DNA of 64,000 nt from Lama glama (lineage: Eukaryota). Shown piece by piece: positions 1-12,902 of this stretch. Under the pieces are notes generated by a model. That model searched no databases and was not told where the DNA came from. It saw nothing but the letters and a program-made list of their open reading frames with translations. Location: NCBI GenBank assembly GCA_028534125.1, contig CM052816.1:44518001-44582000 (forward strand), written 5' to 3'. Within the stretch, counting starts at the first letter, position 1, and each line of letters opens with the position of its first letter. Position numbers and translations under genes: made by a program.

Positions 1-3000
1 CATAAAAGGAACCAACAAAATCATACGCTTTTTTTTTTAAGTTTGAACTGAAAGGCAATTATGATTTAACATTTAGAAAAAATATATTGAAGGATGTAAA
101 ACTTTCCCTTTGACATTTGACTAGGAAGTCCTCAGTGAATGCATGCTCCAAAGGGTGAGTGTGGACTTGGGCTGTGTGTCCTCTTCTCCACCCTGTTTGC
201 TTGTGTGGGCTGAGCATCCAGCTTATTTTCTCTTTCTAGCCTTTATCACTTAGCTGATACTAAGCAAATGTTTAATACACCATCATATTAATTAAACATT
301 TCCGCCAGACATTCTTCTATGTATCACTAACCCAAAGGCAATTTTTTAAACATTAAATTTACGCTAGAAAACATTTCCATTCTGTATTTTAGTGTACTCT
401 CACAACACAGTACAGTTTTTCATTTCTATTATAAAATAAGTTGTGTTTCATGAACTATGGCTTTGTATTACAGCTTTTTTTTATAATTTGTATCTATAAT
501 ATTGTATTTGAGCTTTATAAAAATCAAAGGCTTGGTCTTCTTGCTTTCCTTTAATATGCACTGAATTTTTTTTGTTTGAAATCTTGTTTCTCCTTTAATT
601 TTTATAATCTAGTATGCTGAATACATCATATACATATTTCTGTTTAATTAAAAAAGTTAATGAATAAATGAATATCCTAAGGACACATGTGCTCTTTTGG
701 AATAGCTGCAAATAGGAGACAGGACTAGCGAATTTTGAAATAAAATGTGTTGCTAAAGAGGGAGAAATGAAGAGGTTACATATGCCTTTCATGGCATAGA
801 GTAATCCTTGAACATGTAAGACTCATCAGAAATGATTCATACTGGGTAATCAATGATTTTCAGATAATTGATATGAGTAAGTGGACTGTTAATAGCATAA
901 TTCTCTTGTTATTTGTGAGGAGAGTTGATTACAAATTTTAATAAAATAGGTTTTTCCCATTTACATTTGTTATTAAAGTGGCAGATAATAAAAAAATTTA
1001 AATGGCTTACCTTAAATAAGTGAAAGAAAATTTTATAAATGCTTCCAATGAAACAAAATAATTTTATGATGTTTCCAATGACTTGTCTACCTAGAAATGT
1101 AGTTCTATGAAAATAATTTGAGGGAAAAATTCAGATTTTAAGGAAATGTTTGCAGTGTTAGCCTTAGCTAGAAACACAGGGCAAAGGAGAGGGATTGCTG
1201 TGTAGTTCCCAAGAGTGGGTCTTTACAAACTTGTCTGCCTATTGGAGCTGCACTGTCATACTAAGCTCTCAGGGTCCCCTCAGCCAAGAGACCACTTGCG
1301 CTAGGTTGCCAGATAAGCCCTGGCTTCATTTTGAATTTTAGATTCCTTCAGGGGAACATTTATCTCCCAATTTTTTTTTTTTGCTCCTTTTTTTCTTTCA
1401 CAGTCTCTGAGGTTGCTTAAGGAAATTCCTTGAGAACTGTCCACACTATAATGCCTCTTCAAGAAAAAAAGTATCACTAAGATTCCTCCTATATACATAC
1501 ACAAAAACACACTAATTACAGATCCTGCCGCAGACACACTGGGGATTTGTTTTTAGCATATTATTTCTGACTTATTTGTCTTCTCTTATTTGCATTTATA
1601 AGACATCAGAAAATTATAAATAAGAACTAAGTTTAGATTCTATGGACAAACAGCAAGATCATTTGGGGACTCAATATTTGCACGTTGCTAGATACTGATA
1701 TTTATTGTGAACACAGCATAATTTATCTTGGCTAAAACCACAGAATATGTAGTAGTTTTACATGTTAACACATACAATATGCAGACCATTAAGAGTTAAC
1801 AGCTCTAGGCCCAGTCTAAGTAAGTATTATATTCACACATCTTAGCTTTTCTTTTTCCAAAATCAATATCTGCAAATAATAAATGAGATCCCAGAGGGTT
1901 GAGTTAAGCTCCAACCACCACAGAGCAACTCTGCAATTGGTCATTGACTCAATAATGCAGGTGAGTGCCACCCGACAGAACATCTTTAACACACCATAAT
2001 AGAAAATTAATAGCTTTCAAATCAGCACTAGGGTTACCCTAAGGATTACATAATAGCTTGAGTTGGAACAATCACCCAACCCCAAGAAGTATAAAATGCC
2101 ATAAAACCTGAGAAAGATACAAAAGCCTGAACATTACGCTTAATTTGTTCCACGCGCTCTGTTTTCTACTCAGACGACAAAAGGCTAATGATACAAAAAT
2201 GTCGTGCTGAAAACAATGTGCTAACAAGCCGCATTGCAGTGGCATCCATGGTGTCCATATGAAGTTCTTGTATCACAGCACAGGGACCTGCATATCAGAA
2301 TCAGTAACCTGTGCACTACGAGTGTTATTTCTTATAATTAGTAACAGGTTAAACATTCTACACATCATCCTCGTACCATCTTAATACTTAAAAGTTTCCC
2401 CATGACAAGCAAAAGCTTTGTTTATTTCCTCTGTCCTGTGACCCTTTTATCATCCGTGGAGATCAGAATGACAACCTAACTGTAGCCTCACAAACTAAAT
2501 TCTAAAAGGAGAATATAAAGAAAAAAAAATTAAGGGATAACTTTCTTCTTTATATATAATTTAGTTTACAGAGCCGACTACCAATAATAGCACTAAAGAG
2601 CACTCACTCAAGAAACTGGACCCTAACATCCTCAAGTCATGTCAGAAAACTTGTGAGCTGCACCACATAAAATACCCTTCTGTAAAGAGACAATAGCATG
2701 TGATAGAATATCAATTATTCATTTATCCACTTTTCAATGCTAGAGAAATCTACGGATAGAGACGGCCCAAAAAATAAAACTTAGAGGGTTTCATTTCTAC
2801 CAGGTGCATGTTAAAGACAGGCAGAGAGTAAATAAAGTGTTTCTAAGCTTTGTAAAGTTATTCTTGTTTCCTTCCCTCACTTGACATTTTCAAAACAGAT
2901 CAGTTCACATCTTTACAAAAACGCTTCTTATCACTTCAAAGAAAAACCACAAATAAGGCAGATTGTTTAAAGGAGCAGATATATCTCCTAATGTCTCTTG

Positions 3001-3169
3001 TCAAGTAATTATGTGGCTTAAATGTGTATTTCAAATTTTAATAACTATATCTCAAACTCTAAGATTGGCAATTAGCCTTAAGTTAGATGACCAAAACCAA
3101 GCAAGACAAAAACCATAATAACAAATATTCTCAACAAAGAATAGATGTCAAAGGATAGTAGATACTCAC

Positions 3170-3480
3170 CCACAGGCTGCCAACATCCCGTCATTTGCTA
3201 AAGCTAAGAGCATATGCCATTTTCCCACAGGCCACTTTGTCTCTTACTTTTCAAAGGAGTTTCATCGCCTAATTTAGCACTAACTGCAAAGATTTGGGAG
3301 AACAAAAACATCTTCCTTCCTGGTTTGTGTTTTCCTCCTAGTTCTCTTAGTGGCTTGTGCCCTGCACACAAAATGGCACCTTTCTTTCGATGCAGAAGCA
3401 GGCTTTATATACCAGGCATGTGTCTGTGAGTATGCCACAAAACCCGTTCCTTATCATGCGCTTGTTAGCGTGTCCAATCT
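3170..3480 (-). promoter_or_regulatory. Candidate Pol II promoter plus first exon (TATA, GATA, CCAAT, 5' splice donor)
   Basis: Minus strand: TATATAAAG at 3411-3403, TGATAA at 3456-3451, CCAAT box at 3474-3478, and donor TGG|GTGAGT with the exon ending at 3170, all in unique non-repeat sequence. Function is inferred. Confidence 0.5.
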
Positions 3481-4489
3481 ATGGCAATCACTTCAGTCCC
3501 AGGGGTTGAAAGACACAAGACGCAGGGAGAAAGGGAAGCAAAAGCTGAAGAAAGATCAATACTGCACAGGGAAACAAGAAGTAGAGGCTATTTACTTTTC
3601 ATTGATCTGATGATGCAGGAGAAACACCTCAAACTGGCATTAAATTGAAGGAATACATCTTCCGTGTTTTTTCACCTCAAGGTCAGGAACGGCTGGATAA
3701 GAAATTAGAATCAACAGAAACTAATCACAAGAGTACAATAAAACTATTAATCCACATTACAAACCCACATAGTAACATAATTAAATTTCAGGTTGAATGA
3801 GACTTAAGATAAAACAGATATTGTCGGTTTTTTGTTTTGTTTAAGTTGTCTTAACTTGTACCTAGAATAACTACAAAACGTATACAATTGTATCCAAAGA
3901 CTTAATGGGATCCAGATTTAATGCCAGGCTACAAACCCAGCATTCCTTTGCAATAATCCCAGAAAATAATTAGAAACAGTCTTTATTCCAGCCAGAGAGA
4001 AAACTATCGGACATTCATTCTTAGGTTTCAAAGTAAAGATCCCACTAAATAAAGATCACAAATGGCTTTCAAAAGAGTTTATCTTAGAATTCTGTGCCAT
4101 TTTCCCCTCAGGTTAGAAAACTAATATATTTTATTAAAAGCTACTTCAATATATTCAAACAAGCAAAAGACTAAAACATTTTCAACTCCTACAGTGATAT
4201 GATGTGACTAGACTTAAGACAGATTGGTTATACCTCTTTGATATCAAAGTTACGTGAAGAAAATGTGAACTTTTATCCATTTATCTGTTCATTCATTCAT
4301 TCACTTAAGTTTCTGTGGGGTCACCATATGCACACATATATACACATACACATATTTCTACTATGATTTTTAAGAATACCCTGGTTGTATCTGAGTCAGC
4401 ATTTCAGAATTAGAGAAACTGAGGCAGTTCAATTAAATTTTAAAATTTATCTTTTGTGTATCTACTACAGATTTTTTGCTTTGTAGTCA

Positions 4490-5150
4490 CCTTGCATAAA
4501 ATGTAATTATAATGGTCTAAGCTGATAAATTTACTTTGATCACATACAAAAACACCATTCATATGTTTTTATATTGTGTATCCATTAACAAACTATTAGT
4601 TAATTTTAATGTTTTTGCCTTTTAACTTTATATGAAAGTGATTTACACACTACTGTCACAGTATCAGTACCCTGGGCTTGACTTTATGCCTAACATTATC
4701 AGCGTAGTTACCTTTTTATGTTTTCATGTTACTAATAAACATCCTTTCAATTTGAAGAACTCTCTTACATTTCTTGTGAGTCAGGTCTGATGATGAACTC
4801 CATCAGCTTTTATTTGTCTGGGAAAGTCTATTTCTCTTCCATTGCTGAAGGATAGGCTTGCCAGGTGAAGTATTCTTGGTTGGCAGTTTTTTTTTCCCCT
4901 CTCAGAACTTTGAATATATTATCCCATTTTCTCCTGGCTTGCAAAGTCTCTGTTGGTGGGAGATAACTTAAATGAAATGAAGTATTTTTTCTCTCTTGAT
5001 GCTTTCAAAATTTTCCCTTTGTATTTTATTTTTGACAGTTTTAGCATGATGTCGCCCACTGAAATTTTCTTTCAATTACATCTACATAGAGACCTAGGAG
5101 TTCCATGTACCTAGATGCCCATCTCTCCCTCCAGATTGCAGAAGTTCTCT
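4490..5150 (-). mobile_element. L1 fragment (ORF1 C-terminal half and inter-ORF region), old L1MA-like
   Basis: Typical L1 antisense text such as 'cagcttttatttgtctgggaaagtctatttctc...gaaggataggcttgccaggtgaagtattcttggttggcag'. Confidence 0.8.
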
Positions 5151-5285
5151 GTGTGGTAAATCCATCTAAATATATAAAATCTGCAGGTTGTAAATTTAAA
5201 TATATACAATTTCATTTGTCAATTATGTTTCAACACTGAGGAAAAATAAAACTGAAAAATAAGTTAGGTGATAGAAAAAAATAAA
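5151..5285 (+). mobile_element. L1 3' terminus (L1MA7/8-like) with A-rich tail
   Basis: 'ttaaatatatacaatttcatttgtcaattatg' resembles the L1MA 3' end and is followed by an A-rich tract. Confidence 0.65.
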
Positions 5286-5771
5286 GTTGATCAAGTTCAT
5301 CCTCAATCACCCAAGACAGATATTTGGTTCTCTATAGTCTGGGTTCACGTGTTTCAAAATGTAATCACAATTATGATTCATGAAATTTGTATAAAGAGCA
5401 TCCTTCTTTGAGTTTGGTAAGGCTAACCACAACTGGCAGAAAGAACACAGTGACAGTACAGCATTACAGTGATTGCTTAGCTGGAACATGATGGGGAAGT
5501 TGCCATTCACCATAAATTCCGTATCTTATTATAATCCATTTGGTGGGGTAATAACTGACAAGGTTTGTTACATAATCAAAAATTGTTCAATGTTTGTGTC
5601 TCAACAGAGGTAAGAGAGAAATTGTCATTCCATCTATGCAATCTAGATTCCCATTTTTATTCCGGAAACCTTATCCCTACAGATTTGAAGAGTTTTAAAG
5701 AATCTGCATCACTTTTGTAAACTCCATTTTCCTGTAAAACATTTTAAAGGTTGAAGCACTTTATTTTGAAT

Positions 5772-5800
5772 TTAAATATATATATATATATATATTAAAT
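5772..5800. repeat. (TA)n microsatellite
   Basis: Directly visible. Confidence 0.9.
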
Positions 5801-8149
5801 TTCTTTTATTTAAAAAGGATATAAGATTCACTTATATTGAATGAATCTAGGGATACAAAAATATTTTACAGTATGTTTATTCTCAATTCCCACATGCTTT
5901 TAAGGTTTCTTGATTAATGATGACCTGTTTTAAGCATACTAAAATATTAACATATCTATAAGAATATAATTATTTCTTTTAACAAAATTACCAGGAAATA
6001 TGAATTGAAATTAATTATAGATTAACATTTTGGGCTAAGATGAGGATCATTTTTATGTTACATTTCCTATCATGATATCAATTCTTGGTCATATTCAATT
6101 ACCTAAATTTAGTGCTGTGTCTGTCAATTAATTTCATATCCATCATAGGATCTTTATAGACAGTAGGAGTTGTTAGAGATCACTCTGCTGATCTGGTCAG
6201 AACCTTTAGGAATAAGAGACAAGAGCACTAGGAAGTAACATTACTAAATTTAACACTGCACATGGTAGCATGTATCATTCTTGCCCTCATTTTGGACACT
6301 AACAAACAATAATATTCTTCAGTGGAAAATTTCTGTCTACATTTCTACTTCTTATTCCTAACCTATGCTTCTTAACTCCCTAAATCTGGTCTACATCTAC
6401 CCATAATTGTCATAAACTGCCATCAAAACCAAATGTTCATTAAGCACTTACAAGAAAATAGTGTAATTCTAGTTTTTATTTAAAGAAGCAAGAGATTCTA
6501 TGGTCTTAGAATATGTAATGGTATCAGGAAACAAAGAAGCCATGTTTTCATGTTTTTTAAAAAAGGTTTAAGACAAAAATCTCAGATAGCTACAAAACTT
6601 CTATTAATGTTATATGATTACTCATTATTGACTACCTAGTTTTCAAAGTTTTTATAACCTAAAACTGTCCATATCAGCTCATCCCAATCTGGCAGGCAGG
6701 TTGTTGAACCAGGAGAAACAATCCTAATAATTCAGCACTAGACTGCTCTTCAAAGTTTCAGGAAATTGCTCATTATCTTTCATTGCCTAAAATCTCTATA
6801 AAGGAAAGAATAAAGATGCACTTTTTGTAATTTAGCATTTCCATATTTTGTATTTGAACAGTGACATGTATCTCTTTGAAGGATTCATCTTGACATGCCT
6901 GTCAAGCTTGCCTTCTCCATTTTTAATAGGGTGAATAATAGGTGATAAAGGTTGATTAGAAATGAACCTGAAGATGTATTTCATTAAAATTTCGCTTCCT
7001 TTTATACATAAGCATGCAATCTAATTTTTTGCCATTTGGTCTGATGAAAGGACTATATTACTTCTTTAGAATTCTGAATTGAATATATTTTAAGATGTGT
7101 CACACTGGATCAGACAAGATGATCTTGAAAGTAAGATGGTCTTTTTCAAAATACGTAAGAAAATTGTGAAATTATTATCTGTTAAACATTTCTTCCTTTG
7201 TAATTAGGAAATAAGATTGAACCTCTTAATTTGAACAGTTTTGTAATAATAAACTGGGCATTTATAAGTTCCGAAAACTCCATTACATGAATTGAGAATT
7301 TATTTATAGTCCTGGGTATTTATAAATAAGATCCCAAATATTAGTAAGTATATCTAAATTTTTATAACCAAATCTTTAAGCATCAGTGAAATCTGATTTC
7401 TTCTCCTCCTCCCAGTTTTTATCTGGTCTTTCAGCTGAAGGAACACTGTTGCTTCTGGATGCCAGGTCTATGTGGTATCTTTCTTAGTATCTAACTGGAA
7501 GGCAGTCATCAAGCTGCTGAGTGCTGACTGTCAACCCCAGAAGAAATCTGTCTATCCTGGTATAAATGGAGTGATGGAACTCTCCTGTCACTCCCAGAGA
7601 ATGGGGATTAATATGGTCCTAAAGTTTGAGTTAGATGCTATACAGGCTATTGAATCGGACAGAAGATAAAATAAGAATGTTCTTCCTCCTGATAGAGAAA
7701 GGCAGCAGTGAGAAAGGAGGTGATAAATGATGGTACGAGGATAGAGAGCAGGAAAAGGGGCAGATCAAAGAACTGTTCAAAGAGAGCATTTTTTAAAACA
7801 GAGATGCCTAATATTACAAACTGAGGTTTGTTCTGTTGCAATATAAGCCCACTTCGTTCCTTAACTTTCAATAAACTCTGCCATTTGTATAGCTGCCAAG
7901 ACAGAGAAAGAGACAGAGAAAGAAAGGGGTGAGGGGCTGTGTGTGTAAGTTATGGAAAGAAGATAGTTTCACATAATTTTCGACAGAGTGCAGAAGGAGG
8001 ATGACCAAATGAAACCAGAAAATTCATAAAGAAATTCTCCTGCACCAAATGTGGAGCCATTAGGCACAAGATTTCAAGTCTATTTTACATAGAACTTAAT
8101 AGGCTGCTAGTCTAACATCCAAAATAAATAAATGATCTAAATATCGCAG

Positions 8150-9380
8150 TCACCTGTTAATAGTATTAGATTTTAATTTCACTCATATGAGGAGATCATG
8201 CTCACATGACATCTCTGCCCCTACTAAGAATGATACTGATTTCCTCTTCATAGGGTAAGAGACAGAAATCTGCAAAATAGTGTGGGAGAGCCCATTCACA
8301 TCCCAGTCTTCTCTCCTTCTGGTGCAAAAGAGGATTATACTTGCCTTCTCTTTTACAGGTAACCAGAGCCATGTGACAAGTGATCAGCTCTGGCTACCAG
8401 GCTGTGAGGCAGTAAGTCTACATCATCTATGGGTGGAACCTCTCCAGCGCTGTGTGGGATCTGGTGCTCTTTCCTTCTCATGACAACCATTGAGGCTACA
8501 TGGTCCATATGGTGGAACTATAACCTGGGAGGGACTCTGATCATCCTAGATTACTTTAGTTGTTGCATGTAAGGCAGTTTCCTTAGAAACGCACCTAGAA
8601 CTGCAGTGGGTTCTGCAGAAACAAGAAATAAATTTTTATTGTCTTAAGCCACTGAGACTTTAAGGTAGCTTGTAATTGTTACATATTTCAGCTTAGCCTA
8701 ATACAGAAATTAATCCCAGCAGTTGGAAGCTTCTAAAACAAATAACTAAAAAAATGTGTGGCTTTGCTTTCCTGACAGAGTAGGGAAGACACTGATTATT
8801 GTCAACTGGAAAGATGGTGATCTTTCCACTGCTTGCAGTGACAAAACATCGTTTGGAAGCTAGATAATAAACCTAATGAATTTGTTGTCCTAAGAAAAGA
8901 GTTTAGGAAACTGAATGTTACTCATCTGAGTTAATTGCTGTTATCTGCTTTTGACAGGGTATTATTTAAACATTAGTAAGCTCAGATAAGAACTGGCTAA
9001 TTTGCAGGTTAAAATGAAAGAAAATGGAGACACTGAAGAAATTCTGGAATTTGTAATATGTGACAAATCAAGTGCTCTGAGTTAACACTATCAGACAAAA
9101 TTGAAAGTATTTTCATTGATAATCAAAATTTAGCTTTGCAATAGAGTTAACTAAAGATACTGCTTTCATATCTTCTGTTAAGACTTTTCAAAAATTAAGG
9201 AGACTCAAGGCAAAGATCATATTATAAATGTGGTAAATAGTAATTCTTTTTATATAATACAACAACACAGAGGAAATGTCCTTGTAAGGGCTGGTATTTA
9301 TTTAACAAGAAACCTACTAAGATTTTGAGAGCCGAATTGCCAAAGAAATCACAGAGTGGACTAAAACTGTCTAGGCTTAA
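8150..9380 (+). mobile_element. MLT1 (ERVL-MaLR) LTR followed by MLT1 internal sequence
   Basis: LTR end 'agaaataaatttttattgtcttaagccactgagactttaaggtagcttg...ctaataca' near 8625-8705, followed by MLT-int-like 'gaagctagataataaacctaatgaatttg'. Confidence 0.7.
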
Positions 9381-9393
9381 AACACATCTTGGT

Positions 9394-9616
9394 AGGGGGT
9401 AAAGTATAGCTCAGTGGTACAGTGCGTGCCTAGCATGCATGAGATCCTGGGTTCAATCCCTAGTACCGCCACTAAAAAAATAAATAAATAAACCTAATCA
9501 CCTCTCCCCACCCCTGAGAAACAAACAAACAAAAAATTAAACAATAAATAAACAAGTAAAACTAGTAAAGTGAAATTAAAATTTAAAACAAAAACCAACC
9601 AACAAACAAAAAAAAC
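9394..9616 (+). mobile_element. tRNA-derived camelid SINE (vic-1-like) with TSD
   Basis: A box TAGCTCAGTGGT, B box GGGTTCAATCCC, A-rich tail; TSD CACATCTTGGT at 9383-9393 and 9617-9627. Confidence 0.92.
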
Positions 9617-10189
9617 CACATCTTGGTTGCCCAAACTTCGAAGGAAAGGAGCAGAGAAAGCTGCCCGACCCCAGAAAGGACACGGTTTTGATTTCCCTCT
9701 TGAAAGTGTGACTAAGAAGAAAAATGGAAAAGAAAAGTCTGAGAAGGAAGAGCCAATGGCTATAGAGAAAAATGAAGAGACTTCCTCCCACAGGACAAAA
9801 AAGGATGTGTATAAGGCTTCAAATCAAGCAAGAAATGTCCACATTTTCAGACGGACAGAGTAAAACAAGGAGGTGTCATACCAGCGTTATTTCAGCACTC
9901 TTTGAAAGACACCGATTAGTGCTAAGTGTATAAAATGTTCGTATTATGGAACACACAGAGTTAAAAGTACAGTTAAATATTTGTATGGGGAAATGCTTAT
10001 TTAATGTAAATAGTCTATCACAAGAAAGTTTTACTAATGACGATTTGTTGAAAACTTCTCAAAGGCCAAGTCAAAATTAGAGAGGAAAGTAGGTAAACAA
10101 AGTTACTAGATTTGTGACTTGACAGGTGTTCCCCTCCAGTCTTCTTTGGTTAAAAAAAAATCCCAATGATGATTGAATTACCCAATGGA

Positions 10190-10730
10190 GGGGCTATTTG
10201 GCTATAACAACGGAGACCAAGAGAGGAGAGGCGAGAGAGGGGTGCCCCACAACTCCTTCTTGGTTGTGTGAAGGGTGTGACTGTCCAGAGTATGTTCTAC
10301 CTGTGGGATCTGACTTTTTTCACATCCTATTCCCCACCCCACCCCTGAATCTCTGCAGAGTGGAGGCAAAGTTATCTGGATAACTGGTAATGTATACTAA
10401 AATTTGGGGGAAAACATGGGCACCGTGGCAGGTAACCAAAGAGGATATGGGAGATTGAGGAGAAGGAGAGAAAAAGGAGAAAAGTAGTGACCAGTGAAGT
10501 CTAAGTGACTTTAGAGTCAAAGAAAAAAGGAAGAAAGAAAGGAGCCAAGCAGAGAGAAAGTTTGGTTGAGATGAGTGGAATTAATGAAAATGCTCTGGAA
10601 CCCTAATTCCCCAAGTACTCCATGGGATGGAACATATGACTTGAATAAGTAATAACTGGCCTTTAGCATCTCCTTCTAGGTTTCTTATGGGACCTCAATT
10701 GGATGTAATAAGGGTTTTTAATGTTTAAGT
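10190..10730 (+). mobile_element. Possible ancient LTR fragment
   Basis: Purine-rich, GC-elevated block with LTR-like character; family not identified. Confidence 0.3.
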
Positions 10731-12559
10731 AAATTATACAGTTCACTTCCAATTTAAGGCAAAATACCTGATTCCCAAATTTAACGAGGAGGAGACGAGA
10801 AGAAAGGCATTCTGTGGTATGATTTGGAAACTGAAGGAGGCAGATTAAATAAAAATGGAAGGCTCTGATGTGGAAATAATGAATCTCACTTTTAAGGGCA
10901 ATTTCAGCATTAAAGTTATAAAGCTTATGGAATGGTGAGGGGGGTGTTTTTTAACTTGTTTTCTCTTCTCATACTCTTGGACAAATATACAGCCCCACCC
11001 TTTTTCCAGACTCACATAAACTATACATTTCCCCATTTGTTATTCTAGCTTCCCACTCTGCTCTTCAATCTCACCATCTATTTTGACTGAACTCTTATAA
11101 AGATTCTATTTCCTGTGCTACGTCCAACCAAGATTCACATTTACTAGCTTTGAGAGGCAAAAATCCTCCAAAAAAGGAATAAAAGTGTATTTAATATAAC
11201 ATCATTGACTTTACATACAAAGATCTGGCTGTTGTTTATCTCGTAACTATCAATTTTCAATTTGCTCTGATGTGTTCAAATGGCAAAACCCACAGGGTTT
11301 CTGTAACAAAACAGTGCTTATCTAAATAGTGTGTATTAGATGCACCATAATTCTCTGTATTTTTCTCTGTGCTTCCCATTAAGTTTAAGACAGGAATTAA
11401 TTTCTCTCTCTCTCTCAAAGGTCTAGCTCAGCACCTGGTAAACTGTTGTCACTTCATAAGCTTTTATTATTTTTTAAGTAATAACCCATTAAATTCATAG
11501 ATAGGCTCTCTGCAAAGTAACCTTGGTTTGCCTCCAGACCACACCTTTGCTCAACTACCCTGTTCACCCACAAGAAAGAAAAAGAAATCAATTTAACATG
11601 TTTAAAAACAATTGGCAGTGTATAGTCTACTGATGAATTGGTATCAGTATTGGTATGAAAATCTTGGTAAGCTCAACAGTATCTTACTAATGTGGGTTTT
11701 GGTCTATTCATTGTAAGACTTTCTTCATTCAGTGTTAGACTGGGGATTTTAAATCTAAAATACCACTTCTGGATATGTATTTTCTTCTAGGGAAATTGAG
11801 AGCAAAATTTGATTTTAAAATCAAAGCACAAAATGAAGGTTTGACAGAACGAATTGGTAAGAACTAGTTATGAATGCCCATCAGATCACTTTCCCATTCA
11901 ATGAGTGATTCTTAGTGTTTTGAGTTAGTGTTAAGTGCTAATTTAGCATGTATTTGTAGGAGAAAGTGTTCATGTTTATTTTTTAACAAATAAGTTAATG
12001 AGAAGTGAATTAGACTGGATACATATGAAAACTTTCTATTTTCAAAATGACTCATTCTGCAGGTAACATATGACTATCACTAATCAATTAATAAAACCAA
12101 TATTTGCTGGATTATAAGATGCAATTAAAGGATATCAAAATTTCCCTTTTTTGTCTCCAATTTGGTGATTGGGCAGCCATAAAACAAAGAGGGTTGTGAC
12201 TGTAACTTTGAATTTAAATTTATCATGAAGATGGGACGAATGTGGACAGAATGATAAACAACTCATTTCAAATATGGTTCAGAATAGAACAGAATTCTCT
12301 CCAGCCCTAGAAAGCAGGAATTGACTTAGAAGCTTTGTAGCAGGTAAAATTGTATAGAAAAAGCAAAGTTCAAAGCTTAAGAGAATTTTAAGGCAGGCTT
12401 AGAGAATACCAAGGGTGACAGACGAGGATAGTTGTCCACACACATAATACACATCCTCATATGCCTTAAGAGTAAAACCACAAGTTTATTTGTGGCAGAT
12501 CTGCCCAGTTAAGTAATACTTGTTCTTCTAGAATTTATCTAGAATCTCCATGTGATATG

Positions 12560-12902
12560 TCACTGGATTCCATAACAAGAATTTCTCCTCCCGGTCTCCC
12601 CTTTCCATTTGATAACTACTTGGTTTATGGATAAAATGCCTAAATATTAAGCAGTCATTTTGTACCTATACTAATAGAGGCCTCAGCCGACAGACAGTAT
12701 CAACCACCAGATGTCTGGGTAAAAAGACCCTTAGATGATTTGATCACTCAGTCTAGAAGTCCTCCAGCTAAGGCCCCAGACATTGCAAAGCAAAAGTAGG
12801 CTATACCCTCAACACCCTGATTTCCTGACTCATAGAAGTCATTATCATAATACATTATTAGATTTGGGATAATTTCTTACACAGCCACAGTAACTGGAAC
12901 AA
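12560..12902 (+). mobile_element. MLT1 LTR fragment
   Basis: MaLR 3' end 'tttcctgactcatagaagtc...tttgggataatttcttacacagccacagtaactggaaca'. Confidence 0.75.

Noticed and set aside
5307..5513. 68-aa ATG-initiated minus-strand ORF
   Set aside because: No recognisable homology or convincing splice or promoter context; length is within chance expectation.
9394..9470. tRNA-like sequence with A and B boxes (also 53500-53575, minus strand)
   Set aside because: Followed by an A-rich tail and flanked by TSDs, so it is a SINE head rather than a tRNA gene.
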